A model generated the notes under the pieces. The model did not search any database, was not told the origin of the DNA, and saw nothing but the letters and a program-made list of their open reading frames with translations. The position numbers and the translations under genes were made by a program. A stretch of 64,000 bases of DNA from Glycera tridactyla (taxonomy: Eukaryota), in NCBI GenBank assembly GCA_965644265.1, contig OZ286472.1:26226001-26290000 (forward strand), in the 5' to 3' direction. Positions 26,488 to 38,214 of the stretch are shown here, piece by piece (the stretch's first letter is position 1; every line of letters starts with the position of its first letter).

Positions 26488-27206
26488 GTGAGATATGATT
26501 TCGATTTGCGGTTTACAGCTCACTGATATCGCAATACTGCTTGAATCCACGCGCATGCATGAAGCCGCATTTCAATGATAACATTGTCCAATCAGTATCC
26601 CAAGCTTCGTTCACTGTAATTGTGAAATTGTGGAATAGGTGCTCTTCATTTGTTCATTCATGTGGAGCATGTCAGTTATATCATGGTATATAAATATCTG
26701 CAGATGATTTTGGATAGTTCTTCAGAAACTGTCATGAAAATTGGGAAACGAATTGGAATTTCATATCACTACTCTCTAGCTGGGATTTTCACTGAATGAC
26801 AGAATGATGGAAACTCTTATATTTGTAATGAAAGTAGCATACATCATATGAGATAATTATGCATAAAATTGTCAAGAGATACCAGAATAAATCTGATTTT
26901 GGCTACCACCAACTTTCTACATACATGCTAGAATCATATGTGGGAATACCATATGCTCTGGATCTAGGTGATTAGCCTACCACTTCGCAGGTACTGGGCA
27001 AGTAGAAAATATCATATAAGTTGTAGAGACTTTTATGGTTAGGCTGCTCGCTGCCCCGGTCAACAAGGAAAAGAGAAAGCCAATATATCAGGAGAGGATA
27101 CTTTCCAAAATGTGGGTGCTTTTTCAAGAATTGAACAAATTTCACCAAATAGTCCTTCATCTTCTTAGCATCACCATGCTTGATTATGAATTTATCATCT
27201 TTGCAG

Positions 27207-27353
27207 ACACACTTTGAGGAGGAGGATGGCAAGGAATATATCTACAAGGAGCCCAAAATAACCGGACTAACAGAAATCTGTGATAGACTGCGTACCATGT
27301 ATTCTGAGAAGTATAGTAAAGGTGTGGTGAAACTCATCATGGACTCCACCAAG
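27207..27353 (+). CDS. DOCK9: DOCK-D exon F
   Basis: TTTGCAG / GTGAGC; [49 protein letters not shown], phase 0/0. Confidence 0.97.
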
Positions 27354-27377
27354 GTGAGCTTGCTACTTTCCTGCTAG

Positions 27378-27748
27378 AGTAAAACCTCTCTTGTGAGACT
27401 GCCCCAAATGCCATCCACAAGCCGTCTCTCAAGAGAGGTAGTCTCTCATTGGAGGTGTATTTGGCAGGGTTCTACATTCATTTTCTTCCTCAGCTGTCCT
27501 TCAGGCAGGTGAATAGGATTTTTACCTGCCCTCCCTGTCATTTTCACCTACCCCTTCAGCATATAATCATAGCCTGAATAATGATTGGGTACCTGCCAGG
27601 TGGGCAGGTAGATTGATAAAATCACCTGCCCTAACATCAAATCTGCCAGCCTGTGCCAGTAGGGCAACCATTAGCGTAGAGCCCTGTTTGACTATGTCAA
27701 ATAGAAAAGAACCTAATGAAGAGGGGTCTCACAAAAGAGGTTTTACTG
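27378..27748. mobile_element. Tc1/mariner/pogo-type MITE interrupted by a nested insertion
   Basis: TA-GAGTAAAACCTC ... GAGGTTTTACTG-TA; removing 27465-27686 restores the family core TATTTGACTATGTCAAATAG. Confidence 0.85.
27465..27686. mobile_element. CAGGG-ended non-autonomous element nested in MITE
   Basis: TIR CAGGGTTCTAC / GTAGAGCCCTG (1 mismatch); flanks TTTGG / TTTGA (imperfect short TSD). Confidence 0.8.
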
Positions 27749-28020
27749 TATTCGTAAAAATCATTATACAGTCAAACTTTTCCTGAGGAGCCGCTCAAGG
27801 GCAATGGAAAAGTGGCTGTTTAAGACAGGTGGCTGCTTAGAAGGGGTTCAAGTCTTACTCAGGAGCCAATCTGTACATACAAACTGGCTGAGCATGGGCC
27901 ATAGGTCATTGCTGTTGGGAGATCTGGTTCAGTGATTTCACACCTTCGACATCTCTGATACAGAGCTGTCATATCAATTGGCATAACGTCACCACTGATA
28001 GATTTGAGCAGATGACAGTA

Positions 28021-28193
28021 CAGTAAAACCTGTGACGAGAGCTCCCCGACCAGAGACCACCTCTGACAGGAGACCGCTTTTCTAGGGCAGCTTTTCTGTT
28101 TGACATAGTCAAATATACCTCCAACGAGACAACCTCTTTCAAGAGACCAATTTTGGTGACATTCAGGGCAGTTTCTCATCACAGGTTTCACTG
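28021..28193. mobile_element. Tc1/mariner/pogo-type MITE, TA TSD, lying between two halves of a CTAAGCAGCCAC-type MITE (~27769-28365)
   Basis: TA-CAGTAAAACCTGTGA ... TCACAGGTTTCACTG-TA; opposite orientation to the 8617 copy. Confidence 0.9.
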
Positions 28194-28587
28194 TAGTTCA
28201 CACCTTCCCGAGGCATCAGCTCACACATTTGCCGTAGACCATAGTCGGCAAATCCTTCGATGGCTGCTTAGGACAGGTGATCTAGGTGGTGAAATAGGCA
28301 GCTTGTGCTGCTTAAGACAGGTGGCTGCTTAGGATGGCTGCTTAGGCCAGGGTGCTGCTTAGTCAACCGTAAATATTAACTGAATGTATGACTCATGTAA
28401 ATATGATTTTTTGGTACTGTTCAATCTCTCAAGCTAAACTTTGATGAAGGAACCTGTTTTAGACAAACATTTCTTGATTTTTCCTTCCAATTTTCTACCA
28501 TATTGAACTTGTTAGGTAATATGATAGTGCTTTCATAAGATGGGTGGTCTTTCCATCTGCTGTTACACATGTTTTTATCCGTTGCAG

Positions 28588-28798
28588 GTAAACCCTGGTG
28601 AATTAGATCCCAAGCTTGCCTACATTCAAGTTACGTATGTCACACCCTACTTTGATGATAAGGAGTTGGAGGAGCGACAAACCGAATTTGAACGCAACAA
28701 TGATATAAACCGATTCATGTTCGAGACACCATTTACGAAAAATGGGAAACCTCGAGGAGAGATTGAGGAGCAGTATAAGCGAAGGACTATCCTGACAA
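28588..28798 (+). CDS. DOCK9: DOCK-D exon G
   Basis: TTGCAG / GTAAGT; [70 protein letters not shown], phase 0/1. Confidence 0.98.
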
Positions 28799-29686
28799 GT
28801 AAGTCACAGTCATGATATAGTCGATCCTCATATGAGTGAACACTCTATGCTCTAGAATATTCAGTTTTGCATGACAGGAAATCTTTCAGTGTAGCTATAT
28901 ATCGTATGGAAATTGTGAAATCACCATTGCAAAAAAAAACAATGGTTTTTTGGCATGAGGAGAAAGATTTGATTTATAAGAAAATACATGGTATTCAAAG
29001 GGTCTATGTGTTTCAGATTCAAGGTGATACAGGTGTAACAACACAAGTGAAATGTGATCATAAGGCAGGGGGAATGGTTGCCAAGCAAAACAACAGTTGT
29101 CACATGTATGATCGTGTTCAATGCCATAGTGCGCATGAGCAATAGTTACGATCAGAGCAGAGAATTTGAAAATCTTGTCAGTGGAGAATTTCGAAAGCAG
29201 CAGCATGGTCGGCGAGTGGTACGAAGTTGCCCCTGTCCAGGAAGTGACATTTTCGATAGCAGTTGTTTTTACTTGTCAAAGGCATTGCTGACTACAGGTT
29301 TTACTTCATCTGAGAATCCATGCCCGGTGTCTCGTACAAATATTAATCTTATCAAGTCAGATCATCAGTGAAATCTTATCACAGTGAGATATTGGTTGTA
29401 TCTTTCATGGGCATGGTCTGTACATTTCATTACTGCGGAGATGCCAACCATCACGATTTTGGAGTAATAATCAATATATTTGGGTCAAAATTTTGCCTTT
29501 TTCACAATATTATCACATGTAATTTCCACTTTTCATATTCGATCTCTGCAAATATTGCCACCGTTACTCCTGAAAATTAGCATTATTTCTGCTCCTGGAA
29601 TCATCCCTGGTTGATTGATGGACCTAGTGATACGAAATCTGTACTAGATCTCATGATAAGAAATATGTTTGGATTATTATTTTCAG

Positions 29687-29877
29687 CATCACATTCATTC
29701 CCCTATGTCAAGAAGCGAATCTTGGTTGTGTATCAACGAGATGAGGAACTAACTCCCATTGAAGTCGCCATCGACGAGATGCGTAAAAAAGTGGCAGAAT
29801 TGAACGAAGTTGTCAATCATCCTGCTCCAGACTTCAAGAAATTGCAGCTCAAACTACAGGGCAGTGTCAGTGTACAG
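29687..29877 (+). CDS. DOCK9: DOCK-D exon H
   Basis: TTTTCAG / GTGAGT; (T)SHSFPYVKKRILVVYQRDEELTPIEVAIDEMRKKVAELNEVVNHPAPDFKKLQLKLQGSVSVQ, phase 1/0. Confidence 0.98.
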
Positions 29878-30425
29878 GTGAGTGTATTCACAGCTCAAAC
29901 TACAGGGCAGTGTCAGTGTACAGGTGAGTGTATTCACAGCTCAAACTACAGGGCAGTGTCAGTGTACAGGTGAGTGTATTCACAGCTCAAACTACAGGGC
30001 AGTGTCAGTGTACAGGTGAGTGTATTCACAGCTCAAACTACAGGGCAGTGTCAGTATACAGGTGAGTGTATTCACAGCTCAAACTACGGGGCAGTGTCAG
30101 TGTACAGGTGAGTGTATTCACAGCTCAAACTACAGGGCAGCATCAGTGTACAGGTGAGTGTATTCACAGCTCAAACTATGGGGCAGTGTCAGTGTACAGG
30201 TGAGTGTATTCACAGCTCAAACTACAGGGCAGCATCAGTGTACAGGTGAGTGTATTCACAGCTCAAACTACAGGGCAATGTCAGTGTACAGGTGAGTGTA
30301 TTCACAGCTCAAACTACGGGGCAGTGTCAGTGTACAGGTGAGTGTATTCACAGCTCAAACTACAGGGCAGTGTCAGTGTACAGGTGAGTGTATTCACAGC
30401 TCAAACTACAGGGCAGTGTCAGTGT
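29845..30425 (+). repeat. 46-bp minisatellite (12 full + 1 partial copy) spanning the exon H / intron junction
   Basis: Unit CAGCTCAAACTACAGGGCAGTGTCAGTGTACAGGTGAGTGTATTCA at 29845, 29891, 29937 ... 30351, partial at 30397. Confidence 0.98.
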
Positions 30426-30497
30426 CATGTGACTAGATTGTACCATTTTGAAAGGAATGCAATGTCTTTGTGTTGCAGATACACAGTTATGCAGATG

Positions 30498-30661
30498 NNN
30501 NNNNNNNNNNNNNNNNNNNNNNNNNNNNNNNNNNNNNNNNNNNNNNNNNNNNNNNNNNNNNNNNNNNNNNNNNNNNNNNNNNNNNNNNNNNNNNNNNNNN
30601 NNNNNNNNNNNNNNNNNNNNNNNNNNNNNNNNNNNNNNNNNNNNNNNNNNNNNNNNNNNNN
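30498..30661. other. Assembly gap
   Basis: Run of N. Confidence 0.99.
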
Positions 30662-30678
30662 TATTGATGGTGTTGCAG

Positions 30679-30779
30679 GTGAACGCAGGACCATTGGCAT
30701 ATGCTGAAACCTTCCTGACCGACGAGAAATCATTCATCTACAAACGAGAAAAAGTAGCAGATCTTAAACAGGTGTTCAG
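30679..30779 (+). CDS. DOCK9: DOCK-D exon I (DHR2 catalytic VNAGP loop)
   Basis: TTGCAG / GTGAGG; VNAGPLAYAETFLTDEKSFIYKREKVADLKQVF(R), phase 0/2. Confidence 0.97.
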
Positions 30780-30858
30780 GTGAGGAGCTTTTCCAAAATC
30801 AACTATTGCTATGACTATTGAAGCTATCTCCTCACAACCAGGGCATTTGCTTATTGTT

Positions 30859-30899
30859 TGTTGACGTTTCGGCTTTCATCGGCAGCCATGTTCAGAACA
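30859..30899 (-). ncRNA. Degenerate minimal hammerhead ribozyme motif (Penelope-like remnant)
   Basis: Minus strand TGTT-CTGAACA-T-GGCT..AGCC-GAAACGTC-AACA; core differs from CUGANGA at G8. Confidence 0.5.
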
Positions 30900-31036
30900 G
30901 TTAGGATATGATCTTGATTAGAATAAGTCAGTTAAGATAAGTTTGAGTGTATATTGAGAGGTGATTGAATGAGAGGATTATAAGTTTCAGAATTGGCTTC
31001 ATTGATTGCCCTGATTGCCTGTCCTACATAACCATC

Positions 31037-31077
31037 CCATCTGATGAAGTGCTGCAATAGTACCAAAATCTTAATGG
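31037..31077 (+). ncRNA. Highly degenerate minimal hammerhead-like motif
   Basis: CCAT-CTGATGA-A-GTGCT-GCAAT-AGTAC-C-AAAATCTTA-ATGG; GAAA mutated to AAAA. Confidence 0.35.
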
Positions 31078-31308
31078 AAGCATAACTCATTCTGATAACG
31101 CATTATAAGGGCACCAGCAGTGGGAATCGTCCCAGTATTTTGCTTCTTTATATTACTTATATTGTGACACATTTCATTAGAAAATTGTGAAGGCTACTAA
31201 TGTGTCTGTTCCTTATCCTGAGTTGTCAGAATCGTGAAAATCAGAGTATTCCTCACTGTGTGGCATAATATGCTATGATAGTACTGTTTGTTTGTGTCCA
31301 TCTTTTAG

Positions 31309-31447
31309 AGATTTTGTGAAAGTGTGCAATAAAGCTCTGGAACTCAACGCTCGTCTCATCACATCTGACCAACTCGAGTATCATGACGCATTACGGAAAA
31401 ACTTCCGAGAGATGGCCGATAAACTCGCTGAAATATTCGATGAAATC
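31309..31447 (+). CDS. DOCK9: DOCK-D exon J (end of DHR2)
   Basis: TTTTAG / GTAAGT; (R)DFVKVCNKALELNARLITSDQLEYHDALRKNFREMADKLAEIFDEI, phase 2/0. Confidence 0.96.
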
Positions 31448-33068
31448 GTAAGTATTTCATGTAGTATGTTGCCCAAGTTAGATATAGGTACATGGTTGTG
31501 ATAATATTAGCTGCAAATAGATATCGTAGATATCGTTCATCGGTATTAACCCTGATGTTGCTATATAGCAAGATTTATTTCCAGTAGACTGAAGTATAAC
31601 AGCCCTCACCATCACCCATACTGATTTATTTCATGTGGCCCACCCAATTTCAAGAATGATACATGGTTTAACCTCAGTCCAAAGTGATAATATGTTATCT
31701 AAGAGAAGTTTTCAAGGTACTCATAGTAAGTTATGAATCTTGCCTGCTCTGGAGGTTTGAATCTTTTGCCTCATCACATGATTTAGTTACTATTTTTCGA
31801 TCACATGGCAGGTCTTTATCTCATGAAACATGTCCTGTTAGCTGAGTCCTGATTATACTAATATCACTATAGCCCACCTTGGATAGAACTACAAAAATGA
31901 TTATATAACATTCCCATTAGAAGAGGAGGTTCTTCTGTTCATACTCATGAGAACAAACACCAGCATGGTGTATCAGATGTTTACGTCTGTTGAACGTCAA
32001 ATAAATTTGAGAAAAAAAATTACAGAAAACCTCATCTCGTGAATTGATGGGGTTCCCACGGAAACTAAAGACATCACCATGATGAATATATTCACATGTA
32101 AATTACAGGTTTATTGTATTGTAATCATTTTTGACGCTCGTGGTTCTTTTAGGTTTAGATATTACCAAAAGGTAATCATACAAGTATGCTGAGAAGAAAC
32201 CCCTCACGATTTAGCTCTCTACTTCTTGACATTGTGGTCTCTCAATCTGATTAAAACCACTAACAATTAAGCCAGCATCCTGTCCGTTATTATGTTCATG
32301 TTCGTTCCTTGTGAATCTCCTTAACGACCAGTGTTTTCACCATGCTGTTGATGTGTCCTTGTTGAGCTTGCACTCTATATAAGTATTACCCTCATGTTGA
32401 TATAATCCATTCTCACAACAGTGTTTGTTTTATCACTCCCTTCATATATCTGATATTTCTTCTTAATATGTTCTGATTCAAGTGTCTTGGGTTTTCTCAT
32501 TCATTATGTTATTTTGTTATCATTAAGGACCTTTACTCACAAAGTTATCAAGTGTCAAAGTTTTCTTGCCAACTTATCTACAGTTACAGCTTCGTGCATA
32601 TTTATTGAGAATTGAGATCCTGCAGAGCTGCTAAGGCTGTTAATGGCTTTGTAATAGTGAATCATCTGGAAATGGTAATGATAAGTCTTCAATTTTGACT
32701 TTTGAATAAGTCTTCTCCAGGACAAAATCTAATGATGCGTTGAACAGAGTTGTAGCCCCAAGGCTCTGATGCAATCATATTTTCATGATCCTGAGAATGA
32801 TAGTTAAAAGTCATCCTCACATCTTTTGAGTACAGGTACACTTGTGATGAGAGACAGTCATGGGCACTGCAAAAATGGTCTCTCATAACATCTGGTTTCC
32901 ATGGTGTTCACAAAAACCTGTCTGACATCTGACATGTCAGAAGAGAATTCTCAAATTGTCTTGACTAGGCTGAAAATGTTTCACAATCGCTGCTTCCATA
33001 GAGTTATGTTTCATTTTGTTTTCTGTTTGATGTTGAACTGATACCAACTTAATGGCTCCAAGACACAA

Positions 33069-33190
33069 ATGGCTTCCTAATTTGGTCCATATTTTCCTTG
33101 TATTCTGAATTGTTTACTTTCAAAATGTATGGCTCCCTAATTTGGTCCATATTTTCCTTGTATTCTGAATTGTTTACTTTCAAAATGTAT
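33069..33190. repeat. 60-bp tandem duplication
   Basis: Two consecutive 60-bp copies differing at one base within the unit. Confidence 0.93.
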
Positions 33191-33479
33191 AAATCTGTTT
33201 CAGCTGTGGGGTGAGAGTGGCCCATCAAATATTGGATAAATTCACATCTTACATTTCAAGGCCACTGGGTGTGAGAGAGGTCAAATCACTCTCTGGACAA
33301 TTAAAAGTTTTAGAGCAATCAGCTTGAAACTCAGTATATGGATCAGTAACAGGAGAGTCTAGATGCCTAATGATTACCCTTCTGCTGGGGTAAAAGTGGC
33401 CCATTAGATATTGGACAAATGTGTAGTGGCAGCCATTGTGAATTTCAGGGTCACTGATGCGAAAAATAATAGGAGAATC

Positions 33480-34314
33480 CAGGGATAGCCCAACTCTGCG
33501 CCCTTGCGGGGATTCCCGCATAGTGATTTATTAAGCCGCATCAACAGGGATAGCTGTGCACCCATTGGGCACATGATTTATCAATTAAACAGCTGCCTGT
33601 TGCCTGGCCTGGCTGGGTGGAGTTGGTCAATCACTCCAGGGGATGTTTATGTTCTGCCACCTCCACTGGACATGATGACCCTAAATCTGCTTCCAATGTC
33701 AACATATCACATGATGACCCAAGTGGGATATTCAACAGCAATCACAATTTTTCATAATTATTGAAGATTCATCAAGTATTGTTAATGATCTGAAATGCTG
33801 TCTTTTCACTGAGTCTGGTGTTATATTTTTTCTTCCATGGGATGAATATAACCCAGAACCTGTCTTTCCTGACACCTGTATGGGTTGGATGTAGTCACCG
33901 TGTGACTCATAAGTCAAACTCTCTATAACTACCACTTTTCTATAAAGGCCACCCTGAGCTGCAGCAGTGGTAGCATAGATGGTAGCAGTCTGGTTCACTC
34001 CAAAATGTGTAAGATGCCAAATCAGGCTCCGCGTGCTATCCCTGGGGTATAGCAATGCAAAATCTATTGAGAAGAATACATTCTTAGAAACATTCAATTC
34101 AAACTTCTCAATATATTCCAAAGGAAAACATTTTCCATCAAAATAAATCCTCAAAAGACAACGAATGATTGAAAAGTTTCAGAAAGATGAAAGTATTCTT
34201 ATCATTGACAGAAATGAAGCAAATATTGGGCACATAAAATTTGGAAAAAGGCACATAAAATCATCAACAGTGTGCCCATTGGGCACATAAAATTTCTGAG
34301 TCGGGCTATCCCTG
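33480..34314. mobile_element. 835-bp CAGGG-ended element with 6-bp TSD (hAT-like, non-autonomous)
   Basis: 17-bp TIR CAGGGATAGCCC(A/G)ACTC; AGAATC on both sides; subterminal TGTGCCCATTGGGCACA palindrome and ATTTTATGTGCC-type repeats. Confidence 0.78.
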
Positions 34315-35036
34315 AGAATCAAAATGCCTGTCGATCACCAACAATCCAAAGAGTGACAAATTTTGATCACCAACTACAAGATAGAACAGGTATGAAAAAT
34401 ACCTCCTGTGATGCTTCATTTCAGCCAGCTCACGACTCTTTTATTCTGACATTAACAGAGATAATAGTGTGATATACAACAGCCGCATGGCGATGACCGC
34501 ACTGTCTTCTTGCCAGGATGTTATGATCACAGTGAATACCTCCGAATTAACCAATTGCCAGAACATTGGAATGATTAAAAGAATATATGTTCATGCGCAG
34601 CCAGAGATATGCAGTGTATTAATTTAACAAAACCTGTGGTGAGAGACCACCCTAAATGTCTACAGAAAAAGGTTTTGTGAGAAGTGGTCCCGTATCAGAG
34701 GTATATTTGACCATTTCAAATAGGAAATCTGCCCTGTAAATGTGGTTTCTTTGTCGGTCCCTGTTGTAAGTCCCTGTATATGTTCATGTAGATGTGTAAA
34801 TGGAAATTTGATGAAAGTTAATGATGCCATATGTGATGAAATGTTTATACTGTTGAGAGTAAGTTGTGTGACAGACAAGACGTTGTGGTTCCATCTACAG
34901 GTTTGCAGTGATTGCTCCGAGTTTGGTAAGATTTGGGGTTGCAAACAACACCAGCCTTGCCTACTGCCATGACACTTGGATGGTCATTTTGTCTATCCAG
35001 CATGCATACTGGGCTGCCGTTAGTTGAGTTGCTATA

Positions 35037-35399
35037 CGGTGAAACCTGTGATGAAAGATCAGGGTTGCATCCAGAGAGGGCATGAGGGCATTTTGCACAA
35101 TATATCCAGCGTGGGCCACTTTTCAAGGCAATTAGGGGTCACAACTCACAATGCCCCATATTGAGTGAATCTGTTTTGGGATATTCACAAAGAAACGCCC
35201 CCTTTTCATTAATGGAAGGGGGCAAATACCTGGAAGCAACCCTGAAAGATGGCTGTTAATGTTACCAAAAAGCTGTCTCTCAAAAGAGGTGGTCTCTTTT
35301 TTTAAGTATATTTGACTCTGTCAAATAGAAAAGCTGCCATGGAGAGTGGTCCCCTGTCAGGGTCATCTCATCAGATGGCTCTCATCGCAGGTTTCACTG
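35037..35399. mobile_element. Tc1/mariner/pogo-type MITE interrupted by a nested insertion
   Basis: TA-CGGTGAAACCTGTGATG ... CATCGCAGGTTTCACTG-TA; body homologous to 8617 copy once 35060-35244 is removed. Confidence 0.88.
35060..35244. mobile_element. 185-bp CAGGG-ended MITE with 6-bp TSD
   Basis: 15-bp TIR CAGGGTTGC(A/T)TCCAG; AAAGAT at 35054-35059 and 35245-35250; partial relatives at ~15043 and ending at 40332. Confidence 0.88.
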
Positions 35400-37757
35400 T
35401 ATCTAGCGTATGTTGAAAGATGTAATCCTTCATTTCTTGCCTGCTGATACAACACAATTTGCTGCGAAATAATATGTGAATGATTTGAATTATGACAAAT
35501 AAATTCATCAACTTTCTTCAAGAGATTGGCAAAGAGAAATCTTGATCTCCATACATTCAACTGAAATTCATCTCAAGCTGGTAGGAACCCAGACATGGTA
35601 TATTGTATATCAGTGTGATCATCAAGCTCAACCAAGATTTACCTATCTTATCTTGCCCAGTCATTTAGGTAATCTCCCAATTAGGTTTGAATGTATAATT
35701 GCAAAATGGTGACTGAGTTGATTAGCCGAACCATCAGTGTCTCAGTTGACGGTTTGTACTGGAGTACTACCTTTCATCATGACACAAGCTTTCAGCTGTA
35801 TGCGATTTGCATGTTGGTTTCATTTTGAAAAAGCAAAGAAGTGTCGTGTGAGAGTAGAAATCCTTGTATAGAGTCATTCTCTGCATTGATGCTAGCCAGT
35901 AGCCGGCGGCTAAAGCTCTCCCATCTAGCTGAAGGATTTGACTAGTTTTTAGCCTAACTGGCTAAAATGTATTGAACTTGAGCAAATGACCACGGGCACT
36001 GTACAGCCTAAATATTCATGAAAGATATGTGATTCCTGGTATTCTAGGGGCAGCATAAAATTTCTCATGTCTGAAACTCAATACACCAGGTTAGAATCAA
36101 AGTCATCACATGATGCTTCTTGTCAAAGCACAAGCAATTTGGCTAAAAATGATATAGCTGCTTCAGGAAATATTGTTCTAGCGCTAATACAGATTCTTGT
36201 GGAAAGCCCACGGATCCTGCAGATGATTATTGTTCATCAGTGACTTGTATCATCGAGAGTTCATTCTGTATTTGTAGTTTTCAATGGCTTTAAACATGCA
36301 GCTTACTTATGTTTGCTGTTTGTTGGCAATATTGCAAAAGGTAGAGCCAAGTTAGCTCATATTTATTCAGCGAAAAGTCAATTTGCCTCCTCTCCTTGAA
36401 ATGCTGGCTGTATTTTACTTGCTTTTTAGATGGTCATGACTGCACGGCACATTTCACTTCTGATGCCATCTCTTGTATATTTCTCATGATAGTCAAGCGC
36501 TCTTTATTGGTCTGTATAAGAAATTAGACCTGGCCATATTCTTGCCCTTTTCAGCCCTTGAAGTTGTGAATCATTGTGAAACTTCGTCAAGATTCAGTCC
36601 ATATTCCAGGCTGACCTCTATTCGTGCTCTTCCTATGTTTTTTGCGTTGCAATGTGAACATATTGTGGGTGAATATAATCTGCTGATTAGATTGATATTC
36701 GACAGGTTGAATGATTTGTTGAACAGTTTTTGTTGTGTTGAAACAATGATGCTGAATACATCTTAGCAAATCATTCGATGCACATGGAACATCTATCTGA
36801 AGGGAAGGGATCACTGGTTTTAGTTTTTTTGCTTTTGAGGATCTGATTCACCATCCTGCGAGATTAAGATAGCCATATCTTAGTATATATTCTTGAATCA
36901 AAACCTTACTATAATATCGAGTCATAAAAAGTCCAATATATGTATCATGTTGTACATGTGCGGGTCTCTAGGAAACTAGAATTTTTGGGATCCATCTGAA
37001 TTCTATCATCAGCTCCTGATGACTGTACTCATTGTCATGAGATACTGCAGTTGGTGAGGAATCAGATGACAGAATCTCCAGATGTATGTCAGTGGACAAT
37101 TGTGCCTGCTCCTGTCCTGGTTAAATGCTTGACTTGTACAAGACACATTCCCATCTCTTGCACATCATTGGGTTGTTTTGAATGCATTTACAGTTTGTAA
37201 TGCAGAAAGCATGAAGCATCAAAGAATGACAAAGTTCTGTGTGCAGAATCATATGGAAGATTTCAATGAAGTTTGAGAGTGCCCATAATTGGAATTATTG
37301 CCCTCATTCCTATAGTTTGTCACATATTCATAGCTAGAAATCATGCTCATCCAGTTTTGGGTTTGCTTGGATTTGAGTTAATGGGTTTCAGATTTCATCG
37401 GGTGTGATGTTGTACCGATTTCATACCAATGAATCTCATCAATCAATCCACCATCATACTGAGAATGAGGCAGTTTTTTCCTGGAATCTTCGGTGCTGGG
37501 AGTTTGATTCCAATGTTATGACTGTCATGGGTCAGTGATACAAGCCAAAGATTTCAAAAATAACTTAGCTCATTGCAATGCCAATTGAAATGTAGAGGTA
37601 TTGCTGAAAAAAAGGTCTCATTCTCTACTCACTTTTATGCACATCCAATGTAAAATCCAAATTCAATATGGTACTCAAATATAGCTCCTCTATAGAGACA
37701 TCTGGTGGTGAGGTCTACTTCAAGTATATGGTGCCATCTAGTTGGTGCACTGGGTAC

Positions 37758-38214
37758 TAGTGCTCTGACGATTGCCCGATTATATCTATTATTGTATCGT
37801 TGAGAGGTCCAATTCGAATAATCGATCATGAAAATTGATAATCGATCAAAATATTCATGATTTCTTTGTACTTTTATGGAATAACTTTAGATGATCTCAA
37901 TAACATCAGCATATATGCGTCATCATGGGAACGTCCAAATTTGATGCTGAAATTTCACCAAGCTCACAAAGTACCAAAAAAAAACGAATGTAGAAGTGTA
38001 TTGGTCAGTACAGGGACATCATTCGATGAAAGTTTGATGAATTGTCGAAAAGGTTATCACTCTTAGATAAGGGTACACAGTTATGATTTTATAGCAAATC
38101 TTCAGCATTGTGAGGTCTGCCAGGTGAGTCTTAACTTCGATCATTTAATCGATAATCAATCGCTGGCGTGTCTGATTAATCGATCATCATTTCTGCAACC
38201 GATTCCAAGCACTA
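37758..38214. mobile_element. hAT-type MITE with 8-bp TSD
   Basis: TAGTGCT ... AGCACTA termini; CTGGGTAC at 37750-37757 and 38215-38222; many AATCGAT subterminal motifs. Confidence 0.88.

Noticed and set aside
29845-30425. CRISPR-like array
   Set aside because: Units are contiguous with no unique spacers, derive from a eukaryotic exon-intron junction, and no cas genes are present
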